Source: a virus. From it: a DNA stretch of 64,000 nucleotides. The stretch is taken from the IMG/VR virus record IMGVR_UViG_3300045974_000283, positions 113,838 to 177,837 of that record; one strand, given 5' to 3'. This document shows positions 53,606-63,172 of this stretch, in pieces. The stretch's first letter is position 1, and every line of letters begins with the position of its first letter. The notes below the pieces were generated by a model, which did no database searches, was not told the origin of the DNA, and worked only from the letters and a program-made list of their open reading frames with translations. The position numbers and the translations under genes were made by a program.

Positions 53606-53809
53606 ATGGATCCAATCTTGAAATGCCCGCAATGCGACAGCGAACGGATCGCCGTTACCGCTGAGCAGATGTTCATGATAAACACCCTTGAACACTACTG
53701 TCACAGCGTGAAGACGCAAGACGACAACGCGAAGGTCGAATGCCTTGACTGTCATTGGGCAGGAAAACGCGGCCGACTGGAAGCCCTCAACGCACCAAAG
53801 AAAGGCTGA
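53606..53809 (+). CDS. Small zinc-ribbon protein
   Basis: CPQC...CLDC. Confidence 0.65.
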   Translation: MDPILKCPQCDSERIAVTAEQMFMINTLEHYCHSVKTQDDNAKVECLDCHWAGKRGRLEALNAPKKG

Positions 53810-53812
53810 ACC

Positions 53813-54004
53813 ATGTTCCAAGTCCTCTTCATCACGACTCAGTTTCCTCAATCATCCACATTCCAGGCCCATGAGATACCGCCGAACGTACACACAGTGA
53901 TCGGCTCGTTTCCAACGAGGGACGAGGCGATCATCGCCGCAGAACGTGCTAACGCATCTACCACCGGAATCAGACTCACCGACGCCGTCTGCCTCTTCAA
54001 TTAA
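53813..54004 (+). CDS. Small hypothetical protein
   Basis: 63 aa, packed between neighbours. Confidence 0.55.
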   Translation: MFQVLFITTQFPQSSTFQAHEIPPNVHTVIGSFPTRDEAIIAAERANASTTGIRLTDAVCLFN

Positions 54005-54013
54005 GGAACCATC

Positions 54014-54217
54014 GTGTCAACTTTCAACGACAGCATGATGCGCGAAATCGCCGAAGAAGCCAAAGGCCCGGTCCTGCGTGAATATCGCGGCTATCAAATC
54101 CGCCAAGACGGCCCCACCGACTTTGCCATCCTTCGATGCGGTTCCGAATTCGTGCGGACGCGGTGCGGCTCCTCCTGGAGTTGCATCTGCTACATAGACG
54201 GACTCCTGTCCCCGTGA
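54014..54217 (+). CDS. Small hypothetical protein
   Basis: RBS AAGGAACC. Confidence 0.6.
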   Translation: MSTFNDSMMREIAEEAKGPVLREYRGYQIRQDGPTDFAILRCGSEFVRTRCGSSWSCICYIDGLLSP

Positions 54218-54245
54218 GTTCCCTCAACCTAGAAAGCACCTCACC

Positions 54246-54464
54246 ATGAAATTCCTCACCCTCCTCATCGCGGCCATCGTTGCCGTCACCGCCCTCGTCA
54301 TTGTGCGAACGCGCCTCCTGGCGATCCACACCTTCGTCATCTACGGCCTGTGGACGCTCGTTCAGCAAGTCATGAAGAACTCCCCGTTCTTCGTGCCGGA
54401 ACCGTCGTGGATCACGGTCGGCGCCATCTCGCTGGCCGCTTGGCTCTTCGTTCGCGGCAAGTAA
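54246..54464 (+). CDS. Small membrane protein
   Basis: Two to three hydrophobic segments. Confidence 0.65.
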   Translation: MKFLTLLIAAIVAVTALVIVRTRLLAIHTFVIYGLWTLVQQVMKNSPFFVPEPSWITVGAISLAAWLFVRGK

Positions 54465-54503
54465 GCCGTCTTCCCGTCTCACGCAACTTCACCAGGAAAC
54501 ACC

Positions 54504-54848
54504 ATGTCCATCTTCACCAAGAACACCTCCGCCGCCGCTGACGCTGCCATCCGCTCGCTCGCCCTCACGGCGAACACCGTCGCCACGGAGCAACTAAATG
54601 CCATCCTGCCAGAAAAGGCCAAGAACATCGTCAACAACGACGTCGGCCGCATCGTCGTTGGCAACGTGCTCGCAGCGCTCGTCCGTTCCTTCTTCAAGGG
54701 TTCCAAGATGGCCGAGCAGTTCGCCAACGAGCTGGTCACGACGGGCTACCAAGAAGTGACCAACAACATGGCTGACGTCGCCACTGAGGCGGTCGGCGAA
54801 GCGGCGGGCGAGGCCCGGAGCAAGAAGCCCACCGACGGCGCGATCTGA
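54504..54848 (+). CDS. Hypothetical helical protein
   Basis: RBS AGGAAAC; strong codon bias. Confidence 0.7.
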   Translation: MSIFTKNTSAAADAAIRSLALTANTVATEQLNAILPEKAKNIVNNDVGRIVVGNVLAALVRSFFKGSKMAEQFANELVTTGYQEVTNNMADVATEAVGEAAGEARSKKPTDGAI

Positions 54849-54869
54849 GCGCGGAGCCTAGGAGCCGCC

Positions 54870-55418
54870 ATGATTCAAACCTTCTTGAAGGCGGTTATCC
54901 TCGCCGCCCTGACGGGGATTCTGTGGGCACTGCGAATCACGCCTGCGCCTCCATCAGAGGTCAAGGTCAAGTCAGAGCGCCGACCTCTCACGGTTCGGGC
55001 TGATCTTATCCGTATCGTCAACTCGGATGCGTTCGTGGGTATATGGGCGATCGTGACGATCTTGTCTACGGGTATCTTCCTCTGGTCTGTGCTCTTTGCC
55101 GCTATGAGTCTTTGGCTACGCGGTGACCTCACCGCCGTCCTCGTGAGCAACTCGACGCTCAAGGGCTTGACGGTCTTTGTTGTCCTCAACGGAATCACAT
55201 TCCTGAAGGTCAACGGATACCTACCGCCTGCGGTGACATGGAAGTACATCATCCTCTTCATACCGCGAGTTATCGGGCTCATCCTTTGTCATTTCTGGTT
55301 CTTCGTATTCCTCGGTCTGACGGTTGCCGGTCTCGCGGCTTGCTTCTTTGTCGATCCGTGGTTCCTACTCAGCGCCGTCTTCTTTGCTTGGCTAACCGCT
55401 TCGGAAATCAACTCATGA
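54870..55418 (+). CDS. Multi-pass membrane protein
   Basis: About 5 hydrophobic segments. Confidence 0.65.
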   Translation: MIQTFLKAVILAALTGILWALRITPAPPSEVKVKSERRPLTVRADLIRIVNSDAFVGIWAIVTILSTGIFLWSVLFAAMSLWLRGDLTAVLVSNSTLKGLTVFVVLNGITFLKVNGYLPPAVTWKYIILFIPRVIGLILCHFWFFVFLGLTVAGLAACFFVDPWFLLSAVFFAWLTASEINS

Positions 55419-55711
55419 TCCTCTTCGAAACTCATCCGATAACCTGCTCGTGTTCCTACTGCAAGGTTTCCAGTTCACTCGGTGACGACCGCCTGCACTA
55501 CGGGCTCAACATCCCGAACAACAAGAGCTGGAATTCCTGGTGGGTCATCAAGTGGGGACACAATCGCTACATCCGCTGGACGAACCCGTGGATGCGCGAC
55601 TGGCGGGAACTGCTCTGGCGGTTCATTCGCTGGACCTTCACCACGGCGCTCTCGTCCGTCGTGGCCTTCGTCGTCTTCCAAATCCTTCTTCACTGGTGGC
55701 CCCTCAAATGA
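55415..55711 (+). CDS. Hypothetical protein with C-terminal TM
   Basis: ATGA-coupled; Trp-rich. Confidence 0.55.
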   Translation: MILFETHPITCSCSYCKVSSSLGDDRLHYGLNIPNNKSWNSWWVIKWGHNRYIRWTNPWMRDWRELLWRFIRWTFTTALSSVVAFVVFQILLHWWPLK

Positions 55712-56106
55712 GAAGTCTCAAACTCGACATCACCCTTTCTGCCATCATCGCGCTGATGACGTCCGGCGTTCTGTTCCACCGGATCGCCAACGCCGGAACC
55801 GTGTACCGCGACCGCCCGTATCCCGTGCCGATCACGTCGCAGGTTTGCATGGTCAAGTTCGCGGGCTACAACCTGAACGCCAACGTGATCACGGAAGTCT
55901 CCGTTGGAAAGCGTGACAACGGAGAAGACCACGTTGACAACCCCAAATGGGGTTTCCTTGAACCAGAAAAGGTCTGGGTCAAGCGCCCCACGATCATGTC
56001 GCTCCGCGTCACCTTGGCTACTGGCGTCCAGTACCAGATCACCGAGGGCAACCTCGAAAAGCAAGAAGCCGACTTCCTCGACAGCATCCGGAGGACCTGC
56101 AAATGA
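55708..56106 (+). CDS. Membrane-anchored/secreted hypothetical protein
   Basis: N-terminal hydrophobic signal-like segment. Confidence 0.6.
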   Translation: MRSLKLDITLSAIIALMTSGVLFHRIANAGTVYRDRPYPVPITSQVCMVKFAGYNLNANVITEVSVGKRDNGEDHVDNPKWGFLEPEKVWVKRPTIMSLRVTLATGVQYQITEGNLEKQEADFLDSIRRTCK

Positions 56107-56345
56107 TCGGCATCACGACCGTCCTCGTGTGGGTCTTGGTGACAACCGATGAGCGTCAGCAGGGTCCTACCGCCAAGTCAACGATCAGCTACAGCCCTCC
56201 GGTGGCGACCGCGCAAGCCTGCGAGACTTTGAAGGGCAAAGTCATCCTCGGAAACGCGGGTCTGCTCACAAATCGTTGCGTTCAGATCGAGATGGCCGTG
56301 CCATACCAAGAAATGCCACCTATCCAGATGAGGCCCCTCAAATGA
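56103..56345 (+). CDS. Small secreted hypothetical protein
   Basis: N-terminal hydrophobic stretch, Cys pair. Confidence 0.55.
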   Translation: MIGITTVLVWVLVTTDERQQGPTAKSTISYSPPVATAQACETLKGKVILGNAGLLTNRCVQIEMAVPYQEMPPIQMRPLK

Positions 56346-56719
56346 GCAACGACCCCAATCACTACACGGTCTTCACCGAGGAGCGCTTCAGCCAAGAGCT
56401 CAAGGTAAACCGCTTCCAGGCGATGATGGAGGCCAAGCACGAGATCGAAGCCCTCGGTCCCAACCCGGTCTGGCAGTTCATCTTCCAGGCTGCACGGGAC
56501 GCCCTGGAAACACGCGACCGCATGTTCGTCGTTCCGGTGGAAGCCCTCAACGCGATAGCATGGGCTGATCAGCATCGGTTGCAGATGGAGGCGGGCAGCG
56601 AGCTTGTCCCTACTCAACCAAACATCGGCAATGAGATCATGGACAAGCTGACTCGCCTCGGCTTCCAGGTCTCGATCCGCAATCAGGTGTTGATGGTCTA
56701 CTGCCGTTCACCGTTCTGA
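56342..56719 (+). CDS. Hypothetical protein
   Basis: ATGA-coupled. Confidence 0.6.
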   Translation: MSNDPNHYTVFTEERFSQELKVNRFQAMMEAKHEIEALGPNPVWQFIFQAARDALETRDRMFVVPVEALNAIAWADQHRLQMEAGSELVPTQPNIGNEIMDKLTRLGFQVSIRNQVLMVYCRSPF

Positions 56720-56726
56720 GGGCATC

Positions 56727-57434
56727 ATGGCAAAAATCCAGACCGAAACCTTCCTCCAGACCCCGCCCCAGATCAGCCGAGACTGCGATCACATCATGGT
56801 CAGCGAAATGGGCTTCACGGGGAGCGCCTACTGCTGCGCTCAATGCGGCCTCTACGTTTTCGAGCGTGAGCAGGAAGCCGACTTCCTTCCCCTGTGTCGT
56901 GCTATGGGCAACGTGATCGACCCTTCTCACCCTCAGTACGAGGCTCTCAAGAAACACGCCCTCGAAGCTCGTGCCAAGGTGGACGCCGGAGAAGATCCTC
57001 GTCCGATCCGTGAGCCTGCGAAATGCAAACCACTGGAACACATAATGGTTGAGGGCTTCGGCATGTACGGTGACGCGGTGACCTGCGCTACCTGCGGGCT
57101 GAGTCTGTACGACGATGCGGAGATTTTCAAGGGCCGAATCATCACAGCGAATCACCCAGAGCACAAGAGACACTTCGCGATGGCAGAGGCAGCCCGCGCT
57201 GCGGCCAACCCCAAGATCGGGCCAACGGCCACAGACCCTCGTCCCATTCCGGAGCCCTGCCAGCACGACCACGTTGAGAAGCCCGGCCTCGCGCGCTACT
57301 GCCTGCATCAATGTCGTGCCGTCCTGAAGGATTGGGGCTTCTGGATCGGCGTCACTGTCTCGTTCCCCATTGAACACTTCCTTTGGGAGCATATATGGCC
57401 GTTCCGCCTTCTGACGAACCTGCTCGGCCTGTGA
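56727..57434 (+). CDS. Protein with two tandem Cys/His modules and a C-terminal TM
   Basis: C-x-HIMV...CAxCGL...HP...DPRPI(R/P)EP occurs twice. Confidence 0.7.
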   Translation: MAKIQTETFLQTPPQISRDCDHIMVSEMGFTGSAYCCAQCGLYVFEREQEADFLPLCRAMGNVIDPSHPQYEALKKHALEARAKVDAGEDPRPIREPAKCKPLEHIMVEGFGMYGDAVTCATCGLSLYDDAEIFKGRIITANHPEHKRHFAMAEAARAAANPKIGPTATDPRPIPEPCQHDHVEKPGLARYCLHQCRAVLKDWGFWIGVTVSFPIEHFLWEHIWPFRLLTNLLGL

Positions 57435-57615
57435 AGCTGTGCTCTAGTGTTCTCGCCTGTCTGGCCTGCGTGAACGGTGATACGGGCACCGCTCGACATC
57501 TTTCCGAAGCCGCTCGGCGAGCACCCTTCCAGCGCAACTGCCTCGCAAGAGACGCTGTCTATCAAGCCTGTAAATGGTCACCTGTCAACGTTCGCAACCA
57601 AGCAAAGGATCCATC

Positions 57616-58203
57616 GTGAACAACATGAAGTTCTACGTCATCTACTCGTATCGCCCCTCTTTTGTGAACAGCCTCGTTCGCGCCTTCGACGCCGGATGGG
57701 CGCACTGGTGGAAGGGTCGGTTCGGCCACTGCGGCCTCATCTTCATGCCGAACGACGGCAACGTCCGCATCTTCGACTCACTGCCTTCGCGCGGCGTCGG
57801 CAGTCGCACGTTTGACGGCTACTTCGAGGGTCTGTCCGAGTACGCCATCATTGAGCTGACCGCTGAGTCACCGGCTACGCTGGCGCTGGCAAAGGCGAAC
57901 GCGCAACGCTACATCGACGAGAAGCGTCAGTACGACCAGAAGGGCATCCTCGCTCTGTTCCTGCGCGCCCTGTTCGGCACCGCTCCGCACCTGCAAGACA
58001 GCGACGAGTTCTGGTGCGATGAGTTCGTCATTTCCCTAGCGATCGACGCCTGCCCCCAACTGCTCGGCCACTACCTCGATGACATGCGCGCCGGGCGTCT
58101 GGGCGTGAACATCACGTTCAAGATTCTGTCCGGCATGGGCATCGACGTCACCCAAGTCTTCGGCGACATCGTCAAAGCCAACATTGAGCAGGGAGCGCAA
58201 TGA
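57616..58203 (+). CDS. Permuted papain-like amidase (NlpC/P60 superfamily, YaeF/YiiX type)
   Basis: His first (FGHCGL), then RQYDQKG and FWCDEFV (Cys); RBS AAGGA before GTG 57616. Confidence 0.75.
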   Translation: MNNMKFYVIYSYRPSFVNSLVRAFDAGWAHWWKGRFGHCGLIFMPNDGNVRIFDSLPSRGVGSRTFDGYFEGLSEYAIIELTAESPATLALAKANAQRYIDEKRQYDQKGILALFLRALFGTAPHLQDSDEFWCDEFVISLAIDACPQLLGHYLDDMRAGRLGVNITFKILSGMGIDVTQVFGDIVKANIEQGAQ

Positions 58204-58730
58204 TGCAACGCGGATTCACCAAAGCAAACGCCAGAGCAGTCAAGCTCTCCCCAACCCTTACTCGACGGCCGATCTCGTCAGCGACCACGATCAGCATCTC
58301 GGTGGCGGCCCCTTCCGTGCTTCTGACGCACTTCGAGGCGGTCTTCATGTTGAAGTTCATCCTGGGCACCTACGGGGGATACGTTCTTGGCTTCGAGAAG
58401 GGACAGTTCCTCATAGGCGTCCAGTCGGACTTCCCGAGCGCTTGGGAAACGGTGGCCGAGGGCGGTCGAATTGAAGATGTTGTCACAGAGTTCTTCTCTG
58501 TGACGATGGACGGGCTTCGGGCCGACAGTCGCAAGCAAATCCTCAATAGCGCCTCGCACTGGATGGAAGACGACGACGCGCTCGTCGAAGGCCTCGACGG
58601 CCTCCCCGACAAAATCGAGACCCTGCTGACTCCCAACGCCGGGATGGTGACGGACGGCTCCCGAAAGCTGAAACTCATCGATCTGCCCCCTGTGGTGCGC
58701 GAGGGCCTGATCGACTACCTTTCCAAGTGA
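58200..58730 (+). CDS. Hypothetical protein
   Basis: Open frame; true start may be 58347 (RBS GAGGCGG). Confidence 0.55.
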   Translation: MMQRGFTKANARAVKLSPTLTRRPISSATTISISVAAPSVLLTHFEAVFMLKFILGTYGGYVLGFEKGQFLIGVQSDFPSAWETVAEGGRIEDVVTEFFSVTMDGLRADSRKQILNSASHWMEDDDALVEGLDGLPDKIETLLTPNAGMVTDGSRKLKLIDLPPVVREGLIDYLSK

Positions 58731-59125
58731 CCCGCGTCAACCTCGTTCCGCCAGCCGAACTGTGCGATCAGCATCTGCTGGCGGAACACCGCGAGATCAC
58801 GCGCATCCCGTCGCTGGTCAAGAAGCGCAAGGTCAATCTTGACAGCATCCCGCAAAGCTACCGCATCCGCTCCGATGCTCACCCAGAGCTAGGGCGCGGG
58901 CATGTGGCCTTCTTCTACGATAAGCTGGGATGGCTGCTCGATCGCTACTCTGCCGTTCACAACGAGTGCAGGCGTCGGGGCTTCGACGTCGGATGGAACT
59001 GGACTCAGGTGCAAGACCTGTCCCTGTGTCTGTGGTGGCAACCGTCACCCGACGACGTTCAGCGCAACCGCAACCGCATCCACGAGCAGATGCCTCCCAA
59101 ACCAAGGTTCACAAGGCCAGTATGA
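58727..59125 (+). CDS. denV: Pyrimidine-dimer DNA glycosylase (T4 endonuclease V family)
   Basis: TRVNLV...DQHLLAEHREITRI...GHVAFFYDKL....RY.....E...RGF. Confidence 0.93.
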   Translation: MTRVNLVPPAELCDQHLLAEHREITRIPSLVKKRKVNLDSIPQSYRIRSDAHPELGRGHVAFFYDKLGWLLDRYSAVHNECRRRGFDVGWNWTQVQDLSLCLWWQPSPDDVQRNRNRIHEQMPPKPRFTRPV

Positions 59126-59670
59126 ACCCTTCTCCCATTCTTCTGGCGTTCTACCTGAGGAAGACCCTTCCGTACGAGCTTCCCAACGTGCTGACCGATG
59201 CCGGGCTGCAACGCTACGAATTCGACCATTCGGGCGCTCACGCCTCCGGGTCCGGCTACGTCTTGCACAATCAGCAGTTCTACGTCTGGAACGCCGAGCA
59301 AATCTTCCAGAGCGCCTCTCTGCAGATAGGTGAGCGCGTCCGCCCGTTCGGTGCCGTTAATGTGCAGTACGACCAGATGGATGTTTCGCTGCTCGGCTTC
59401 TACACGGCTGAGGCGGACATCCTGGTGGCGACCAACATCGCCGACTACGACCTGCGCGTGGAGGAGCTTGCTGACCGCAAGAACCAGACTCTTCCGTGGG
59501 TGTACCGCTTCCGCAAGACTGACAAAGCCTCCTTCAGTCTCAACTCGCGGCGCATCTGTTCGCGATGGGCGTCGTGGCGAGCCAACGCATTACCTGAGGC
59601 CAGTCGGCGCTTCCAGGTTCTTGAATCGAAACTTCTGACAGGCGCAGCCGATGATCTCTCACCTGATTGA
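59122..59670 (+). CDS. Hypothetical protein
   Basis: ATGA-coupled to denV; weak YD...ICSRW resemblance to permuted papain folds. Confidence 0.55.
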   Translation: MNPSPILLAFYLRKTLPYELPNVLTDAGLQRYEFDHSGAHASGSGYVLHNQQFYVWNAEQIFQSASLQIGERVRPFGAVNVQYDQMDVSLLGFYTAEADILVATNIADYDLRVEELADRKNQTLPWVYRFRKTDKASFSLNSRRICSRWASWRANALPEASRRFQVLESKLLTGAADDLSPD

Positions 59671-60712
59671 CCCTGTCGCCCGCGCTGAGCATGTGAAGGC
59701 TGAGATCGCGGGCCTGCCGGGCAAGAAGCGCACGGGTTCGCGCTTCACCATGATCCAGTGTCCGTTCCACGCCGACGACACGCCTTCCGGCCAGCTCAAG
59801 CACGATGTCAACAAGCCGAACAGCGTTGGATACTACGTCTGCCGTGGATGCGGCCAGTCCATCGTGTGGAACATCTTCGCTGACCGCTTGGGTCTGCAAC
59901 CCTTCCAGCGCTCCGACTCCCCAGACGTTCCCGAGATCAACCAAGACTACCTGAAGCAAGCCCTGCTCGGCGAGGACGAAGATGAGGATGGTATGAAAGA
60001 CGCTGAGTACACACTCAGCCGCCTCAACCAAGAAGCCGCCGACAAGATGGGTCTTCCTGACCTGTACTGGCGCACCTTCTCGTTCCAGTTCCTTACGTCC
60101 ATCGGCGCTCGCATGTTCACGTCGCGTGGCTTCGTCGAGGACACGGGCGAGTTCGGCGAAGTGAACTACATTTTTCTTCCGATCTATGTGTCTGGCACCC
60201 TGCGCGGCTACATCAGGGCGAGACCCTTCAAGCCGAAGGACCCAAGCGTTCCCACATACATGAATGCTCGTGGTGGCTGGAGCCGTACCTACGGTCTGTT
60301 CCCCTACGACGCCGCTGTCGAAGTGATGCGGACAAACGACCTGAAGACGATGGTCTTGGTCGAAGGCCCCCGTGATGCCCTGCGTCTTCTGTCTGTCGGC
60401 ATCCCAGCGCTCGCCATCCTAGGCACTCACTCGTGGACGCCGAACAAGGTGCATCTGCTGGAGAAGACCGGAGCTGACCGGATGATCCTGTGTATGGATG
60501 CCGACCGGGCGGGCCGTCAGGCTACCAAACTTTTATACACGGGGCGCAAGGAAGAGAAGTCCATTGCGCCTGCGTTGAAGAACGTATTTCAAACTTCAAC
60601 CTTCGAGTTGAAGGACTACCGCAAGAACCCCCAGAACGGCAACGAGAAAATAGATCCGGCCTCTGCACCCAAGCGAGCGCTGGCTGATCTGAAATCCATC
60701 ATCGAGTCTTAA
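59651..60712 (+). CDS. dnaG: DNA primase (Zn finger + TOPRIM)
   Basis: CPFHADDTPS...CRGCG; LVEGPRDAL; CMDADRAG. Confidence 0.92.
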   Translation: MISHLIDPVARAEHVKAEIAGLPGKKRTGSRFTMIQCPFHADDTPSGQLKHDVNKPNSVGYYVCRGCGQSIVWNIFADRLGLQPFQRSDSPDVPEINQDYLKQALLGEDEDEDGMKDAEYTLSRLNQEAADKMGLPDLYWRTFSFQFLTSIGARMFTSRGFVEDTGEFGEVNYIFLPIYVSGTLRGYIRARPFKPKDPSVPTYMNARGGWSRTYGLFPYDAAVEVMRTNDLKTMVLVEGPRDALRLLSVGIPALAILGTHSWTPNKVHLLEKTGADRMILCMDADRAGRQATKLLYTGRKEEKSIAPALKNVFQTSTFELKDYRKNPQNGNEKIDPASAPKRALADLKSIIES

Positions 60713-60724
60713 CCAAGGAAAACC

Positions 60725-61177
60725 ATGTCATTCATCATCGAGTACCTACTCGGCCAGCTCATCAAGCGAGGCCTCACGCCCACGGCAGCAAAGTGGATCG
60801 CGGAACTCATCCTCTTCGCGGCTCAGGCCCTGTTCTTCGGATACCTCGGATATCAGTTGGACGCCCACTTCAAGAACATCGAGATCGGTGCCTTGGAGAT
60901 CAAGCTGAAGGCGGCGAACGACGAGATCGAGTCCATGATCAAAGCGGCCAAGGAGCAGCAGACTACCGCTGAGACAACCGCTGTCACCAAGGTCACTGAG
61001 ATCAAACAGGTGAACGCCAAGAAGCAAGACGTCCTCGGCAAGTTCATTGACGGCGTGAAGAATCGCCCTGAACCGCCTCCGGTCATTCTGCCGCCCGGTG
61101 AAGCCTGCACCATCGACAAGATGTTCGACGCCACCTTCCTCGACGACATCAACCACATTCACGCCATCCTGGAGTAA
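60725..61177 (+). CDS. Putative i-spanin (Rz-like)
   Basis: One N-terminal TM, long coiled coil, C-terminal Pro-rich segment with Cys. Confidence 0.7.
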   Translation: MSFIIEYLLGQLIKRGLTPTAAKWIAELILFAAQALFFGYLGYQLDAHFKNIEIGALEIKLKAANDEIESMIKAAKEQQTTAETTAVTKVTEIKQVNAKKQDVLGKFIDGVKNRPEPPPVILPPGEACTIDKMFDATFLDDINHIHAILE

Positions 61178-61180
61178 GCC

Positions 61181-61501
61181 ATGATCACCAAAACCTATTC
61201 ACATTGGAACGTGCGCAACTTCGCGCGTATGCTCATCGTTCTGTTCTACGTCGGTCTGGCGCTGTTTGCGCTGTCCGCCTGCCAACACTGCCCTCCGATC
61301 GGCCCCGCTCCGGTGAACACCGTGGACACCAAGGGGCTGGAGAAGGCTTGCGAGGGATTTGTGGATATCACGAAAGATGATGTCGTTTCCAAAGCGGCCT
61401 TCGAATCTTGGTACTCCAAGAACGCCTCGCGACACGCTGAGTGCTCTCGTCTGCACACTGGACTGGTGGAAACGCTGCGAACAGCGAAGATCATCAAATA
61501 G
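61181..61501 (+). CDS. Putative o-spanin (Rz1-like lipoprotein)
   Basis: Lipobox LSAC after a hydrophobic signal, Pro-rich linker, extra Cys; directly follows the i-spanin. Confidence 0.7.
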   Translation: MITKTYSHWNVRNFARMLIVLFYVGLALFALSACQHCPPIGPAPVNTVDTKGLEKACEGFVDITKDDVVSKAAFESWYSKNASRHAECSRLHTGLVETLRTAKIIK

Positions 61502-61564
61502 GGGATATTCAGGGTGGCACGGCACTTTTATGCAGTAAGCCCACCCTGAGATTGAGGTCATCCC

Positions 61565-62065
61565 ATGTCAGATTCATCAAGTTCGCCGAAGGAAATTCCA
61601 CTGCCGCACTCGGGCAATGATACGCGGATGCCGCACGGCCACGTTCACATCCGCACTCAGCCGCTCTTGGACGGCAGCGGGTTCATGTTCAGTCTTGTTG
61701 ATGACTTCATGTTCCCATCCCGCGCCGTGCTCTTCCACGTTCTGCGAGACGCGCTTTCAGCCTACGAAGGCGGGCGCTTTCTCAGTGTGAAGTACGCTGC
61801 CCTCGTGCTAGAGATTCAGCTCCCGGTCATCCATGATCCGGTGGAACTGGTTTTCTACACCGACGCCCTCATCACCTTCCGGGACCCCGTCGAAGCCATC
61901 AACACCAAGCGCGAGCTGATGCTGTCGCGGGTTCCCAGTCAGCCCTACTACTTCCGCAAGAAGAGTCCTCACGATGCCAAGTCTCCACACGCGCAACGCC
62001 CTAGTCGTGGTCCCGGACAAGTCGTTCTTGTCGATGCAACACCGTCGGAAGACGAATCAGCATGA
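61565..62065 (+). CDS. Hypothetical protein
   Basis: RBS GAGGT; 166 aa. Confidence 0.6.
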   Translation: MSDSSSSPKEIPLPHSGNDTRMPHGHVHIRTQPLLDGSGFMFSLVDDFMFPSRAVLFHVLRDALSAYEGGRFLSVKYAALVLEIQLPVIHDPVELVFYTDALITFRDPVEAINTKRELMLSRVPSQPYYFRKKSPHDAKSPHAQRPSRGPGQVVLVDATPSEDESA

Positions 62066-62708
62066 CCCCGCAAGCGAGCTAGAGCGTCAGCTTCGGCAGT
62101 ATGAGCAGATGGTCCAGGGCTGCAAGAACGCCATCGACCATCTGGCCCGCACGAACCGTGATGTCTTCGATTGCCTGGAAGCCTTCAAGGCGGTCATCCA
62201 CGAGATATACCTCTCGCAGTCCGAGCGGGACCTGAAGGACCCGATAGCGAACAACGTCGGCGAGTATGTGGGCGACAGCACTCACGTCTTCAACTTCTTG
62301 TTCGACACTAACGGTTCGCCTGCCCGCGTCTACGTGAGCGAGCGCCTGTTCAAGGTCTACTACCGACAGCTCGTCTCCGTCTACCATCCCCGCAACGGGG
62401 ATCCGGCCAGCGAAACGCTTCACGCGATACGCTCAGCCTACCGTAGCAAGAACCTCCCGGCGCTCTACAGTCTTTGGCTGAAGCGGCGCTCGGGCAAACC
62501 TGATCCTGAAGTAACGGGCAAATGCCTGTCGCACACGCGAGGGCAGATCAACCGCCTGGGAAACACTATCTTTCACGTGCCGATGGCTCTGGTCAGCACG
62601 GCCGGCGATTCCCAAGCCAAGGCAGCTGAGCTCCTTATCAAGATCGTCTACGACCGAATCAACGCGCTGTGCAAGGCGTGTCAACCCAAGAGAGAACAAG
62701 ATGCCTGA
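61974..62708 (+). CDS. Coiled-coil protein with a degenerate J-domain-like segment
   Basis: YYRQLVSVYHPRNGDPASETLHAIRSAY resembles the J-domain helix II-HPD-helix III but lacks the Asp; start uncertain. Confidence 0.55.
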   Translation: MPSLHTRNALVVVPDKSFLSMQHRRKTNQHDPASELERQLRQYEQMVQGCKNAIDHLARTNRDVFDCLEAFKAVIHEIYLSQSERDLKDPIANNVGEYVGDSTHVFNFLFDTNGSPARVYVSERLFKVYYRQLVSVYHPRNGDPASETLHAIRSAYRSKNLPALYSLWLKRRSGKPDPEVTGKCLSHTRGQINRLGNTIFHVPMALVSTAGDSQAKAAELLIKIVYDRINALCKACQPKREQDA

Positions 62709-63168
62709 GCACCCTTATCGTACGACTGGCGGATTCCACGACGAGACCGATCGTTGCGGCGCGGGCGTCCTGGTCTACTGCCTTGCCGTGAGAAAGTTCC
62801 TTGTTGGCAAGCGCGGCCCTGATTGCAATCAGCCGCTCACGTGGGCTCCCTTCGGGGGCATGGTTGAGCCCGGTGAGAATATCCTCGTCGCGGCCTGCCG
62901 TGAACTGTGGGAAGAGGCCAAGGTCGGCCTCCGCGTGGACGACCTCGCCGATCTGTATTGCAGCGAGGGTACGAACGGCTTCAAGTTCTACACGTTCATC
63001 GCAGCGGTGGCCGAGCAACCGATCGTCCGCATCAACGAGGAGAGCAGCGACTTCCTCTGGTTGACCCCGCAAGAGATGGCTGACATCGGCCCCAAGCATC
63101 CTGGCTTCGAGGCCCTTCTACTGGATGAAGAAGTTCAGCGGCGCATCCGACTGGTCACGAGTCTCTAG
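62701..63168 (+). CDS. Nudix hydrolase
   Basis: GGMVEPGENILVAACRELWEEAKV Nudix box. Confidence 0.92.
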   Translation: MPEHPYRTTGGFHDETDRCGAGVLVYCLAVRKFLVGKRGPDCNQPLTWAPFGGMVEPGENILVAACRELWEEAKVGLRVDDLADLYCSEGTNGFKFYTFIAAVAEQPIVRINEESSDFLWLTPQEMADIGPKHPGFEALLLDEEVQRRIRLVTSL

Positions 63169-63172
63169 CCCG

